Both the position numbers and the translations under genes were made by a program. Below the pieces are notes generated by a model. The model was not told the DNA's origin. It ran no database searches and was given only the letters and a program-made list of their open reading frames with translations. A stretch of 63,973 nucleotides of DNA, the filler included, from Octopus bimaculoides (lineage: Eukaryota): NCBI RefSeq assembly GCF_001194135.2. It is 6 parts of 6 records of this genome, joined end to end, with 100 filler letters (N's around TTAATTAATTAA, not from the genome) between each part and the next. Parts side by side here need not be neighbours in the genome. Positions count along the whole stretch, not along the records: positions 1 to 11,928 come from NC_068983.1; positions 12,029 to 24,158 come from NC_068985.1; 4 more parts are not named here. One strand, 5' to 3'. Below, in pieces: positions 1 through 12,752 of this stretch (its first letter is position 1; each line of letters begins with the position of its first letter).

Positions 1-39
<39 letters not shown>

Positions 40-769
40 TGTAACATATCTATCTGTGTGTGTTTGTGTTCGTGTGTGTATGTGTGCATGTGTGCATGTA
101 ATGTATTTATGTATTTATTTACAATAATGTATGGCAGATATGAAAATAAAACACGCACACACACGTGTATGTTTGTGTGTGTGGGTAACATGAGAGAATA
201 TATAAAACAAACGTTTGGGCTATTTATAGAAATTCCGGAGACATTATTGGTGGTTTAAAATGCTATGAATATCTATAGCTGCCGAATCGAAGTGATCAAT
301 GGATGCTACATAGCCGATTGATTTTTCATTCTAACTCACAAGTGTTCAGCAAACCTTGTGTTCTAATCAGCTATTGATTTTATTTCTAAATCGATATATA
401 TTTAATAGCAATCAGATCGTATAAAGGTGAAGTAGGACACTGCCGTCGGTGCAGGAAAACTTGATAGAGAGACGAGTAAACGAAGAAGCCTTTACATGTT
501 ACTTGCTCTGCAGAATATAGTAGCCACATCTTCCTCAAATCACCTTCTGCCATTTATAAATCGGACAGATTAGATAGCGTAGCCCAAAATCATTGTTTCT
601 TAATCATTTTTCTGTAAGTATTGCGCCCCTGATTTTTGTACACAAGGCGTGTGAAGCACCCAACTTTCGTTTGAGTGTGTTTTCAAGGGAGGAATTGGCC
701 CATAGGGGCAGTTTCAGCCCTATTTAGATTTCTATTTTTCTTCTCGACTGAGAAATGTCGAGAAATTTC

Positions 770-2050
770 ATAGTGGAACGCTGGTCAAATTCGTTCATGG
801 ACCAGCATTTCCGTAGCCTCCCGTCGATACAGGTTTTGAGAGACCGAATTTGCACACTAGTAAAGAAGGATTTGACGGGAGCCATCATCAACAACAAATG
901 GTGGTTTGCCCTCAAGAAAGCAATAAAAGCGATTAGGTAGAGCAAAGCACTAGCAATAGATAGAAACAGAGTAGAGGGTGACGTAGTTAAGAAGCTAGAA
1001 GAGGCGATTAGAAGTGTCATCGCATCCGACGGTTTGGCGGCGAGGTTGGCCCTCGACGAACACTTCAACGCCAAACACGAAGGGTGTTTTGTCAGGGCTA
1101 GGATGCGTGCTCTAAGGAACGAAGGTGTTGGAGCCGCGTGAGAGGCCCGGGTGGCGGAGGCGCAACAGGGCAACAAAGCCATCATTCGATCTCTGATGGA
1201 TGAACAGGGGCGCGAATTACTCGAGCCCAGTAAAATATGTGAAACGTTTCAGCAGCATTTTGCCCGACTGTTCGGGACGAGTGGTGAGCGAGAACACAGG
1301 ATGGCCTTCAGTGCCTACCTGCACAGCCTACCACGACTCTTGGCAAGAGAGGCAGGGTGTTGTGAGGGTGCCATAACGGAGGCGGACGTGCGGGACGAGA
1401 TGGCAGAATGCTCGAGTCGAGGGACAAGTCGCCGGGTTTGGATGGTTTGCCCTTCGAGCTTTACAGTTGTATGCCAGACTTGTTTGGAGACATCTTGGCA
1501 GCAGTATACTGCAACTGGCAGCAAAACGGGAGCATCTTCTGTTTTGTGAACCGAGGAGCCGTAATGCTGCTGAAGAAAGATCCAAACAAGGGGGACGTAA
1601 TACATAACTTTTAGGCCCATCACTCTGCTCAATGCCGATTTGAAAATTTTGGCCAAGGTGTTAGCCNNNNNNNNNNNNNNNNNNNNNNNNNNNNNNNNNN
1701 NNNNNNNNNNNNNNNNNNNNNNNNNNNNNNNNNNNNNNNNNNNNNNNNNNNNNNNNNNNNNNNNNNNNNNNNNNNNNNNNNNNNNNNNNNNNNNNNNNNN
1801 NNNNNNNNNNNNNNNNNNNNNNNNNNNNNNNNNNNNNNNNNNNNNNNNNNNNNNNNNNNNNNNNNNNNNNNNNNNNNNNNNNNNNNNNNNNNNNNNNNNN
1901 NNNNNNNNNNNNNNNNNNTCGGTACCTGGAGAAGCAAGCCCGTGCCGTGCAGCAGCGCCTCCGCAGTGGGACGCTGGACCGACGGTCCGGTCAAGTTGCT
2001 CGGGGTCTGGTTTGGTCTAGACCTCCAAACGGAGAAGAACTGAGACGAGA
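770..2050 (+). mobile_element. L1/Tx1-like LINE ORF2 fragment (post-endonuclease region into RT), disrupted and partly in an N gap
   Basis: Motifs KSPGLDGLPFELY, F*RPITLLNADLKILAKVLA and, after the gap, GPVKLLGVWFG; stops and frameshifts present. Confidence 0.9.
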
Positions 2051-2250
2051 TTTACATTCGACAGATATTTGTCCTCATCTTGTTTGCTGTTAACACAAAG
2101 TTTCGGCTGATATACCCCAAGACACCTGAAGATGACTGGAGTGTATATCAGCCGAAACGTTGTGTTAACAACAAACAAGATGAGGACAAATATCCGTCGA
2201 ATGTAAATAATGTAAATAATGTAAATAATGTACATAATTCCTCATCTCTT
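2051..2250 (+). mobile_element. Penelope-like pseudo-LTR remnant: inverted plus direct copy forming a hairpin, with a hammerhead-core-like motif
   Basis: Arms 2051-2115 and 2143-2207 are reverse complements (62/65). CTGAAGA...CAGCCGAAAC at 2126-2158; (AATGTAAAT)n tail. The same sequence occurs inverted just upstream of the Penelope ORF at 56 kb. Confidence 0.8.
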
Positions 2251-3404
2251 AAATATAGAACTATAAAATCCCTTGCTCGTTCTCATCTTGTATTCCATCA
2301 AAAAATACGAAAGAAATTATTCTAAAAACAAATTGCTTCTTTTTAGACACCGAAAAAAAAACTATTTTAGCCCAATAATGACACCTTACTCTTTCTCATT
2401 TTTTAAACTTATCTCTACAGATTTTCTACAGAAACTAGAGCCAGCACTGAAAGTTACGAGGATTTGTGTACGAGTACGTATATGTAAACAATGCTATCGA
2501 AGGTAGAAAATTAAGCAATGGTTGTATATGCATATATAAGAGTTCTTGTTCCTTCCTCAACACCACATCTAACCCATTAAACATCCATGAACATGTTGCT
2601 TAAATAACAACCAAATTTAACGGTGTAACACAAATGGATATACCAATTTTCATTACTGGCCTTAGTTTCTATAGAAAATTTGTAGGGAAAACTTTACAAA
2701 GTAATTGAATCGCACAGCTAACACAGGTAGGACACAGTATTATAAGCCTTTGATATATTTGGTAGGATATAACGAAATACGGCGTGCCTGCCAGCAATTA
2801 ATATCTAAATTCTCGTTTTGCATTTCATGTAAACATACAAAAGAGACTATAAAAACAAACTATTTATTCTTAGACATCAAAGCTTGGGTTTAAAACTAAC
2901 ATTGCATGAGAGTAACTTTCCAATATTAAAAAAAAAGAAAAAGAAAAAAAACACTACTTTAGTTACAACTTTACTTCTTAAGATTCAAATCAATTTATTC
3001 TCTTCTTTTCTCTTATCTTGCTTTAATCCACTTTAGAGGGGGGGGGGAGCAAAAAGAAAGAAAATTCTCAGTAAACTCTACGATTTAATCTACCATTTTC
3101 ACGTTAATTCTCTTTGGAGGATAACAAATGAATTCAAAAGAAAATCTCAAAACCAGGTAAAATTTGACAACATCCAAACTAAGCGACTTCTAAAACTAAT
3201 CGATATATTTAGTCATTCCACAAGAACTGTAAATATACTTAAAATCCATTTGTTTTGTTGATGTTATATCGTTTATTTTCAAGTTTGTTTTGCTGATAGT
3301 TTTTAGCAGGATATATCGTCTGATATTTTTCAAAAGAGGAAATGAAAGATTTCACTTAAAAGAGCGGCACATATTTTGATGCTCAATACTAACAATCAAA
3401 AGAA

Positions 3405-3683
3405 GGTGTGTGTGTGAGTGTGTGTGTGAGTGTGTGTGTGTGTGTGTGTGCGTGCGTGCGTGCGTGTGAGAGAGAGAGAAAGACAGATACCTCCATGTGA
3501 GTATACGTGTGCGTGTGATTGTCCCAGTATATGTGTGTTTGATTGCCCTTGTGTATGTGTGTATGTGTGATTGCTCCTGTGTATGTGTGTGTATGTGTGT
3601 AATTGCCCCTGTGTCTGTATGTGAGTGTGTGTGAGAAAGAAAGATACCCTCATGTGAGTGTGTGTGTGCGTGTGTGTGTGCGT

Positions 3684-3729
<46 letters not shown>

Positions 3730-3970
3730 TATCCTTGTGTGAGTGCACGTGACTGTGATTGCTTCTGCGTATGTTTGCGTGTGTGTGTGCAAGCCTGTGT
3801 CAGCGTATGCATGTGTCTATATTCGCGTGCTTGAGCGTATATGTGTGTGTGTGTTTGTGCACCTGTATGTGTGTGCGCATGTCTATATTTGCTTGTGTTT
3901 ACGTGCTTGTATGTATGCGTGTGTCCATGTGTTTGCGTGTGTATGTGTATGTATTTGCATATATATATAT
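3405..3970. repeat. Compound (TG)n/(AG)n microsatellite field
   Basis: Directly visible dinucleotide arrays. Confidence 0.95.
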
Positions 3971-4207
3971 ACTTTTTATTCTTTTATTCTTTTACTTGTG
4001 TCAGTCATTTGACTGCGGCGATGCTGGGGCACCGCCTTTAGTCGAACAAATCGACCCCATGGCTTGTTCTTTGTAAACTTCGTACTTATTGTATCGGTTA
4101 CTTTTGCTGAACCGCTAGCTTACGGGTACGTAAACATACCAGCATCAGTTGTCCAGCGATGGTGGGAAGGGACAAATATAGACACACAAATATATACCTA
4201 TACATAA

Positions 4208-4240
<33 letters not shown>

Positions 4241-5149
4241 NNNNNNNNNNNNNNNNNNNNNNNNNNNNNNNNNNNNNNNNNNNNNNNNNNNNNNNNNNNN
4301 NNNNNNNNNNNNNNNNNNNNNNNNNNNNNNNNNNNNNNNNNNNNNNNNNNNNNNNNNNNNNNNNNNNNNNNNNNNNNNNNNNNNNNNNNNNNNNNNNNNN
4401 NNNNNNNNNNNNNNNNNNNNNNNNNNNNNNNNNNNNNNNNNNNNNNNNNNNNNNNNNNNNNNNNNNNNNNNNNNNNNNNNNNNNNNNNNNNNNNNNNNNN
4501 NNNNNNNNNNNNNNNNNNNNNNNNNNNNNNNNNNNNNNNNNNNNNNNNNNNNNNNNNNNNNNNNNNNNNNNNNNNNNNNNNNNNNNNNNNNNNNNNNNNN
4601 NNNNNNNNNNNNNNNNNNNNNNNNNNNNNNNNNNNNNNNNNNNNNNNNNNNNNNNNNNNNNNNNNNNNNNNNNNNNNNNNNNNNNNNNNNNNNNNNNNNN
4701 NNNNNNNNNNNNNNNNNNNNNNNNNNNNNNNNNNNNNNNNNNNNNNNNNNNNNNNNNNNNNNNNNNNNNNNNNNNNNNNNNNNNNNNNNNNNNNNNNNNN
4801 NNNNNNNNNNNNNNNNNNNNNNNNNNNNNNNNNNNNNNNNNNNNNNNNNNNNNNNNNNNNNNNNNNNNNNNNNNNNNNNNNNNNNNNNNNNNNNNNNNNN
4901 NNNNNNNNNNNNNNNNNNNNNNNNNNNNNNNNNNNNNNNNNNNNNNNNNNNNNNNNNNNNNNNNNNNNNNNNNNNNNNNNNNNNNNNNNNNNNNNNNNNN
5001 NNNNNNNNNNNNNNNNNNNNNNNNNNNNNNNNNNNNNNNNNNNNNNNNNNNNNNNNNNNNNNNNNNNNNNNNNNNNNNNNNNNNNNNNNNNNNNNNNNNN
5101 NNNNNNNNNNNNNNNNNNNNNNNNNNNNNNNNNNNNNNNNNNNNNNNNN

Positions 5150-5995
5150 ATATATGAGTGTGTATGTGTGTGACAACGCATGCACCCATGCGTATGTGTT
5201 CGGATTTACCTATGTGTGCATATGTGAATATGTATGTCAATGTTTATGCGCATATTCTGTTCATATTTGTATGTGTGTGTGTCTGTGTTTGTGTATCTGT
5301 GACTGTGTGTACGTGTCTGTGTGTGTGTGAGTGCGTGTGTGTATGTGTGTATGTAGCAATGCGTATATGCTTGCATATTCGAATATGCAAGCATGTATAT
5401 TTGTGTGCGTATGTATGTGTGCCACTGTTTGTATGTGCATTCTGTGTCCATGGGTGTGCGTGCTAGTGTGTGTGTGTGTGTGTGTGCATGTGTGCGTGCG
5501 CGTGTATGTGTTGGATTGCATGTATATATGAGTACATGAGTACGTGAGTATGTTTATGTAATATGTGTACCGGTGTTTTATGCATGCATGTTTGTGTATA
5601 TCTATATAAGTGTGTGCATGTGCGTGCGTGTGTGCGTGTGTGATGCGTGAGTGCGTGTGTGTGTGTATGTGTGTGTGTGTGTGTGCGTATAAACCCATCC
5701 CACTCGTACCCTCCTCCACTACATCCTATATTTTCTTTCCCGGCAGGAATTATTTCGATCTTTTATTCCTGTATTTATAGAATTTATTTGCAATCGTTTG
5801 ATCTTTCCATTTGCTGTTTTGTATTTCATTCGTTTACGTATATACACATACGCGTATGCATATACGTATGCACAGTTGTGTGTATGTACGTATGTACGTA
5901 CGTAGGTATTTATGTATGTATATGTATGCATATGTGTATGTGTATGTATATGTATGCATATATGAATGTACGTATGTATGTATGTATGTATGTAT

Positions 5996-6043
<48 letters not shown>

Positions 6044-6292
6044 GGGGTTGTATACATACATATGAATGTATGCATATCATATATGTGTGTGTCTCTCTCT
6101 CTCTATATATATATATACATACATACATACATACATGCATACATACGTACGTACGTTCGTACGTACGTACATACATACATACATACATACATACATACAT
6201 GCATGCATACACACATACATATGAATGTACGCATATCGTATATATATGCGTGTGTATATATATATTGCGCATGGCTGGTTATATAAATTTAT

Positions 6293-6339
<47 letters not shown>

Positions 6340-6463
6340 TACATGCATAAATACATATATACTTGCATACATACACACATACATACATATATACGAATGT
6401 ACGCATATCATATGTGTGTATGTGTGTGTGTATGTTTGTGTGTATATTGTGCATGGCTGGTTG

Positions 6464-6502
<39 letters not shown>

Positions 6503-6640
6503 TTAGATAGATAGATACACATACCTACCTACACACACACACATACATACATACATACATACCTACCTACACACACACACACATACATACATACATACAT
6601 ACATACATACATACATACATACATACATACATACACACAT
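5150..6640. repeat. Compound (TG)n, (TA)n, (TATG)n, (GATA)n, (CATA)n field
   Basis: Directly visible. Confidence 0.95.
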
Positions 6641-8286
6641 GCATCATATTCTTCGTCTCATTCTATATCACACTAGCAATCAGTCCAGTCTAGTTCGGTG
6701 TTCAGTAAGTTCAAACAGAGCTTTCAAAAACAACAAAAACCCTGCACATTCACGTAATGCATTGCGTTTCAATCGATCAATGTTTATTTGGTGATTCCCC
6801 TAAAGTTATTCAAGAAAGATTGTCTCATCGATTTTTCTCTTAGATCTGTCGAAGTCGAAGAACTCGCATTACGTTTCCGAAAACTGTAACACGAAACGAA
6901 TCAATTCTTTAACTAATATGTTGGTAACGTGTCGGATTGCAAGCAGTAAGAACGCATCAATCGATCCAATAAAATCGAGAGTGATCGATATTTTTATATC
7001 TAATATGAAACGGAAGGTTCTAGATTAAAGTTTTTAGGAGTCATGAAATGGTGAATTTCCATCGTTCCATGATGAGAATTCGATTGTGTGATTAACTGAA
7101 ATATCTACCCTTGAACGAACATAAGTATTCCGCAGACACGTTTAAATAAAGTAAATTCTGCCTCATTTTCCAGGACTGATTGGGCCGGTTACCCGGTTTG
7201 CATGGCGTATAAGAACTACTTGTAGTTGCGGGGGTATTCACCTGGGGTGGGTTGAGCCGGCTCCGAGAAACGAGTTCACGTCCTTCACGAATGCTGACCA
7301 AATCCGACGGTCGGCCCTAACATTCCAGTAGGCAAAGCAATGCTTCTGCCTGCAGCCCGCCCAAAAGTCCACTTTGCAAATCTGACAAATGTCCCATTGG
7401 GACAGCAAGAGCTTTGGATAGCGCGGATGCCGTAGCCGTAGTCGTCATTTGTTGTTGAGGTGTAGAGGTCATGTCCGGAGGTTCAGTGGGGATACAAGTT
7501 CACATGTGGTGCCGAATCACATGCATACACACTTTGGTAGGTGCGATCCATAATCCGTAACTCTTTATCTTGCCGTCGATAGCTGACCATCGCAGAGGAT
7601 TCGCTGGCCAAATCACCTCCGAGTATCGGAGCAGACATAGCCTGGGTTTCAAGTGGGTCGTATACATGCTAGTTAACCCATTACTGGGACCCTAACAGGC
7701 GCTACTATTCTGGATCAAAGCACACCTGGGAACACTAGTAGCTAAGAGGTGTTTCCACACTCCTCAAACCCCTGGAACTCCTGTACCATGGCCCCCACTA
7801 CCAGATGCAGCTGAAAGTCTCACCCAGAACACAAGTGACCGAGATCGCATTTCCCTTGAACGGGACACCAGTCCGTCACGTCGCAGGGTTATAGATCTAC
7901 AGTTAAGCGGGCAAGAGCAACGTGAAATGAAGAGTTTTGCTCAAGAACACAAACGCACTACTTGGACTGGGAATCGAAACTATGATCATACAATCGTGAA
8001 TGCAACACCCTAAACACCATGCGTCTTCACACAGACATGTGTACCTTTAACATAGTTCCAAGGCAGAATCAGCGTGACATAGTGTGTGTGTGATAAGGCT
8101 GTTCCTTTTGAATTACGATTTCAATCTAATTGGCGGACTTCTATACAGTTTCCGCATCCTCAATTTCCCTTACAAGCTATTGCTCGAAAGAGGCTCCAGA
8201 AAATAACATTTGCGCAAGATGTCATGCAATAGGATTGAAACATGGGTTTCGAAAAGGACAACACTGTGCCAATAGTTATAATGTAG

Positions 8287-8833
8287 TACGAGGTCTGATA
8301 ACAAAATTGTCGGAACAGGTGCCATAAAACTACAACATATATCAATCTGGCATTTAATCTCCTTTGAAGTAGTCCCCTACTGAAGCCACATACTTCATCC
8401 AGCGTGGTTTCCATTGATGGAAGCATTTCTGGAACTCTTTTGGTGGGGATAGCGAGCAGCTGCCTCGTCGAATTCTCTTGAATTTCCTCGACGTTTCGAA
8501 ATCTTGTTCATTTCAAGTGGATTTTTGTTTATGTCTTGGTTTTGGGGTCATAGCCATAGACTCATGTTTTATTACCTGTTATGATCATTCTCAAAAAGTT
8601 TTCATCTTCCTTGACACAGTCAAAGAGATCCTGAACAGCTGAAACCCGATCTTGTTTTTGAGATGATCACATTCTACGTACTGCTATAAACAACGAAAGT
8701 GAGAGAGAACATTATAATTTAGTGTGTATGCGCGGCATTGTTCACGGCCAGTCTGTGCCCAGCGGCTTTACGCTGCGTACTTCAACTCCGTTGCAATAGT
8801 AACAGTCCTGATACTTTTTGATCAGACCTCGTA
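8287..8833 (-). mobile_element. Internally deleted mariner (MITE-like) with TIRs and TA target duplication
   Basis: TA-CGAGGTCTGAT at 8287 and ATCAGACCTCG-TA at 8821-8833. The interior encodes the mariner C-terminus FQKCFHQWKPRWMKYVASVGDYFKGD. Confidence 0.85.
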
Positions 8834-9299
8834 TATAAATTAATTGTTTCTATTGATGTAGTTTTCTTGAAGTACCTTGAGTAAGTTACTTCACGTTTCA
8901 ATTCCAAATTTCACCCAACTGAAAACAATGACTGATGGTGGCATTTGGTGGACAACCTGGCGATGAGCAGGCGTCTGCTTACTCTCAATCGCTTTAAACC
9001 TGTAGAAACCAGAATACATGCCAAGTAGTTAGGCTCGAGATAGAGACAGACTTTAGCTTAAATATAACTAACGTCAGTGTCCGCCACCGATATATTCATT
9101 TGAATTAAGAGACAGTCATAACAGTTGAAACCAGCTGAGACTAGCTGAGACCAGCTGAGACCCCTGTGTTACTGCGGTATTCACCTTGAGAGATCTTCTC
9201 ATATAGACGTACAATGCTAAGAGCACATGGCATTCTAATAAAACATCCACATCGTGTATGATATAAAACTTGCTTCCGTAGCTAACCTTTTACCTTTTA

Positions 9300-9652
9300 T
9301 TTCTTTACTTGTTTCAGTCATTAGACTGCGGTTCTTATTCTATCGATATCTTTTGCCGAGTCGCTAAGTTACGGGAACGTAAACCCATCAACATCGATTG
9401 CCAAGCATTAGTATGTGTGTGGGGAGGCCAAACACAGACTCAAGACACGCTTATGTGGATACATACACGTAGACATAGGCACACACACACACATACAACG
9501 GGCTTCTTTCAGTTTCCATCTGCCAAATCCACTCACAAGGCCGGTTCGAGGCTATAGTGGAAAACACTTGTCCGTGATTCCATGCAATCGGACTGAACTC
9601 AGAACCATGTGGTTGGGAAGCAAACTTTTTACTACACAACCACGCCTGCGCT
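9300..9652 (-). mobile_element. tRNA-derived SINE family A, near full length
   Basis: Head GTGGTTGTGTAGTAAAAAGTTTGCTTCCCAACCACATGGTTC on the minus strand, internal (TG)n, shared tail. Other copies or parts at about 3975-4190, 46030-46430, 46930-47100, 49020-49205, 52660-52780, 55413-55760, 62420-62670. Confidence 0.8.
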
Positions 9653-10361
9653 AATGTCTAGTTTTTAAAACAATCTGCTGGCTATTTTCGACAGCAGTGT
9701 CTGAACAGTCACTGTTATTCTATACATCGTTTGCAGTGGGATTTGGCTGGCATGCGGCGAGCCCAATGCCTGTTACTGAGGAAGAATATGTACGCTGAAA
9801 TCAAGTAATCTGGCTGTTCCGGCACGCGTACCAGACGGTTCTCATCTGCTAACGATATATGTCTGTACTCTTAGCACTGTACATATGAAGGCGAACTCTG
9901 CAGCAATACGGCATTCTAGTTATACAACCAGGATAAATAGAGTAATATATTGTATATTTGTATATGATTATATTGTTCTGAGTAGATACTAGACAGTAGT
10001 GTGTTACCGTGCTTCATAATGGAATAAAAACTCTTGTGTTGGACACGAAGATTATCTAACTAGTAGCAACTACGTGCTGAACAGTGGAGATTGTTTAAAA
10101 AGCAAGCCGAAACTCAGCATGGTACCTGAAATAAAATTATTAACGAAATCTCATCTTGTCATATAACGGGGTGTTGTTTATTTATTTATTTATTTATTTA
10201 TTTATTCATTTATTTATTTTGCTATTTAGTTATCTAATTATTTTTTTGTTTGTTTATTTATTAAGTTATTTATTCCACTGGGATTTGTGTTTTTAGACGA
10301 TGAATGAATAACTTAATGGATATGCTATATATAGCAATGAAGATGTGGGGGGTATGGAAAG

Positions 10362-10915
10362 AAAGAAAGGAAGAAAGGAAGGAAGGAAGGAAGGAAGGAA
10401 GGAAGGAAGGAAGGAAGGAAGGANNNNNNNNNNNNNNNNNNNNNNNNNNNNNNNNNNNNNNNNNNNNNNNNNNNNNNNNNNNNNNNNNNNNNNNNNNNNN
10501 NNNNNNNNNNNNNNNNNNNNNNNNNNNNNNNNNNNNNNNNNNNNNNNNNNNNNNNNNNNNNNNNNNNNNNNNNNNNNNNNNNNNNNNNNNNNNNNNNNNN
10601 NNNNNNNNNNNNNNNNNNNNNNNNNNNNNNNNNNNNNNNNNNNNNNNNNNNNNNNNNNNNNNNNNNNNNNNNNNNNNNNNNNNNNNNNNNNNNNNNNNNN
10701 NNNNNNNNNNNNNNNNNNNNNNNNNNNNNNNNNNNNNNNNNNNNNNNNNNNNNNNNNNNNNNNNNNNNNNNNNNNNNNNNNNNNNNNNNNNNNNNNNNNN
10801 NNNNNNNNNNNNNNNNNNNGGAAGGAAGGAAGGAAGGAAGGAAGGAGAAAGGAAGAAGAAGAAGAAGAAGAAGAAGAAGAAGAAGAAGAAGAAGAAGAAG
10901 AAGAAGAAGAAGAGC
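10362..10915. repeat. (GGAA)n across a gap, then (GAA)n
   Basis: Directly visible purine-rich tandem repeats. Confidence 0.95.
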
Positions 10916-11759
10916 TACAACAAAATATAAACAAGCGCAACTACAAGTACTACTGTGACAACAACTGCAACATGACTTGCAACAACAACAATAACAACAA
11001 CGAGGAAGACAAGGAAAAACAGTAGCAACGACAACAATAACAAACAAACAAACAAACAAACATATTAAGCAAATGAATTCTAAATGAAAATAGTTTTGTA
11101 AGTCAAAAATATCCCGAAATATTGGAAGGATGATCACTCACAGAAATGCGCGCACACACAAACACACACGCGCACACGCACACGCGCGCGCGCGCGTACG
11201 TTCGTACGTACGTATATATGTACGTATGTATGTATGTATAAACGATGATTTGCATATCTATTCTTAACTCTCCCAAGCGGATTCGGACGCAAAATACGAT
11301 AGTAGCTGCAATGTTTTTCATAGAACAATTTCTCTCTTTTACGATGACAATATATACATATACTTGGATCATATTTCAATCTGTTATTTCTTTCTATTTT
11401 TATACAAAGAAATATCAGCTTGAAATAGGCTTTAAGACAGGCTCAAGCTCTCATTGGTTATTTACGCAAAGACATCACTTGCTTTTGTGCACCTCTGACC
11501 TTGCCTTCTGGTTGGCTGATCGTCCGGGACATCATTTGTTTATCATACATTCTGGTCACTTCGTTCTAGTCGGTTGACAGTCTGTGTCATTTGTCTGTCA
11601 AATACCCTGGTAACTTACTTTGTCTAGCATTTCAGTGGGCTGATTCTTTGATGACGTCACTTGTTTCTCTGATGTCACAGTAGAGTGAAGTCAATAACAG
11701 GATCACTTGTTTTCTTTTTTTCCTTCAGAATTCGGTTTGAACCGAAGCATCATCTAATT

Positions 11760-11928
11760 CAGGGGTTTTCAAACTTTTTGACTTGCGGACCCCTTTATAT
11801 TTCAGGCTCTACCTTAGGGACCCCCTTATAAACGCTTATGAAATTTATACATAAATATTTGCTTAAAGTAACATATATTTTTACATTTATTTATTTAACA
11901 ATATTTAACAAATAGGTTTATTGTCAAT
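11760..11928 (+). mobile_element. hAT-type (Charlie-like) element end, truncated by the spacer
   Basis: Begins CAGGGGTTTTCAAACTTTTTGACTTGCGGACCCC, a typical hAT terminus. Confidence 0.55.
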
Positions 11929-12028
11929 NNNNNNNNNNNNNNNNNNNNNNNNNNNNNNNNNNNNNNNNNNNNTTAATTAATTAANNNNNNNNNNNNNNNN
12001 NNNNNNNNNNNNNNNNNNNNNNNNNNNN
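11929..12028. other. Artificial 100-nt scaffold spacer (44 N + TTAATTAATTAA + 44 N)
   Basis: Identical spacers at 11929, 24159, 37301, 48895 and 62210; the 12-mer gives a stop codon in all six frames. Confidence 0.97.
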
Positions 12029-12381
12029 GACTACCCTTTCAGATATACTTTCATTGTGATTTCTGCAATGTGGTGCATAAATTGTCAAGTAAATGAGACG
12101 CATCTTTGCCTCCACTGATTCACTTGCAAAGTGTTGAGTAAAATTATTTCGTTGCAGACCTCCTTTGGGTCTTTTTATTGTCACTACGACACACATAGTC
12201 CCCAGTTGGTAACATTGATTTCAAGGCCCTCCTAGATGAGAGACTGGCATTCCACTTAATGTCTATGTTCCATGCTGGCATGGATTGAAGAGTTATTAAT
12301 GTAGAAATATGGTATCATAGCTACTAACAGTTGAGGGTTGCGTAGTCTAGACGGCGTTTTTAGATTTCATTATTCTCTTTA

Positions 12382-12411
12382 ACCCGGGCAAAGCCGGGTA
12401 TTTCTGCTAGT
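12382..12411 (+). mobile_element. Helitron-like 3' terminus
   Basis: Hairpin ACCCGG-GCAAAG-CCGGGT followed 7 nt later by CTAGT. Confidence 0.6.
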
Positions 12412-12439
12412 CTTTTATAAAAAAATTAACGTATTTGAT

Positions 12440-12752
12440 GGGCATATTCGACGCACTCCAGTTTCAGCAGCGCATATTCAGGAAAAAAGTTTTTAGTAAA
12501 TTAAAAGCATGTAAAATATTTAAAGCTATCAAGTAGTACATCACAAAACATTACAAAAGTACCTTAACCATAGCTGAAAACATTACCGTATAAAACGTGA
12601 GGCTAAGTGGAAGAAACCGTCTTGGTTAGTATTACCCTGTAGTAGTGAACAACAGGGGTAAAATTAGCTTTTGAGAAGCCCAGTTTCGCATACAAGACTT
12701 GAGATGATTTTTTGGAAAAAAAAAAAGACACGTCTTATATGCCAGAAAATAC
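12440..12752 (-). mobile_element. pogo/Tigger-like MITE end
   Basis: Reverse complement CGTATTTTCTGGCATATAAGACG resembles pogo-type TIRs; the other end was not located. Confidence 0.4.

Noticed and set aside
11973-11984. TTAATTAATTAA as a biological motif (PacI site, piggyBac TTAA, homeobox site)
   Set aside because: It is centred in exactly 44+44 N five times, so it is a synthetic spacer.
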